In this document: positions 63,906-64,000 of the stretch, piece after piece
Position numbering within the stretch: position 1 is the stretch's first letter
Layout: each line of letters opens with the position of its first letter
Source of the DNA: an uncultured Gemmatimonadales bacterium
GTDB taxonomy: Bacteria > Gemmatimonadota > Gemmatimonadetes > Gemmatimonadales > GWC2-71-9
Assembly: GCA_963695555.1 (NCBI GenBank)
Contig: CAVOGR010000003.1
Location: 1-64,000 of the forward strand
Direction of reading: 5' to 3'
DNA length: 64,000 bases
Program-made: the position numbers and the translations under genes
Notes under the pieces: generated by a model
What the model was told of the DNA's origin: nothing
The model's input: the letters and a program-made list of their open reading frames with translations, nothing else
The model's database searches: none

Positions 63906-64000
63906 GGTCGGATGGTGAATTCCCGGACTCCCGTGGTTGACGATCGGGCATCGTCGAGGAGCGCATCGACGTACCAGTAGTACCGACTGCCGGACTTGAG
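63902..64000 (-). CDS. C-terminal end of an upstream gene (partial)
   Basis: Open frame LKSGSRYYWYVDALLDDARSSTTGVREFTIRP*, whose stop overlaps the CHAT ATG. Confidence 0.6.
   Translation of the reverse strand, partial: LKSGSRYYWYVDALLDDARSSTTGVREFTIRP

Noticed and set aside
41900..64000. Prophage or integrative island at tRNA-Ser
   Set aside because: No integrase or phage genes and no duplicated tRNA 3' end seen; the accessory genes lie on the tRNA 5' side.

Overview
This is a high-GC bacterial chromosome segment. Gene content and synteny are most consistent with Gemmatimonadota (an inference, not verified). Bases 1-42 kb are mostly housekeeping: gatCAB, pcrA/uvrD, serS, groESL with a CIRCE element, coaX, birA, uppP, bshA, miaA, mutL, a MoxR/DUF58/Bat operon, rluB-scpBA, rpsT, pyrR-pyrB-pyrC, msrPQ and tRNA-Ser(GGA). 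Bases 42-64 kb are accessory: a secreted glycoside hydrolase/mutarotase trio, a stand-alone IS200-type Y1 transposase flanked by three REP-like double-hairpin elements, a secreted M55 peptidase, a seven-gene sugar-redox operon and a TPR-CHAT protease module. Tandem 7-mer and 8-mer repeats punctuate these modules. The best candidate for an undescribed system is the operon at 52.1-59.7 kb. It encodes a Tat-anchored Gfo/Idh/MocA oxidoreductase with an ApbE-type flavinylation motif (DAVTSAT), directly downstream of an ApbE flavin transferase lacking an obvious signal peptide and a DoxX/DoxD membrane protein, alongside keto-glycoside-processing families (TIM-barrel isomerase, DUF1080) and an MFS transporter. 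Two stretches (about 38.7-41.9 kb and 50-63.5 kb) carry many single-base frameshifts that look like assembly errors, so gene boundaries there are reconstructed by eye.
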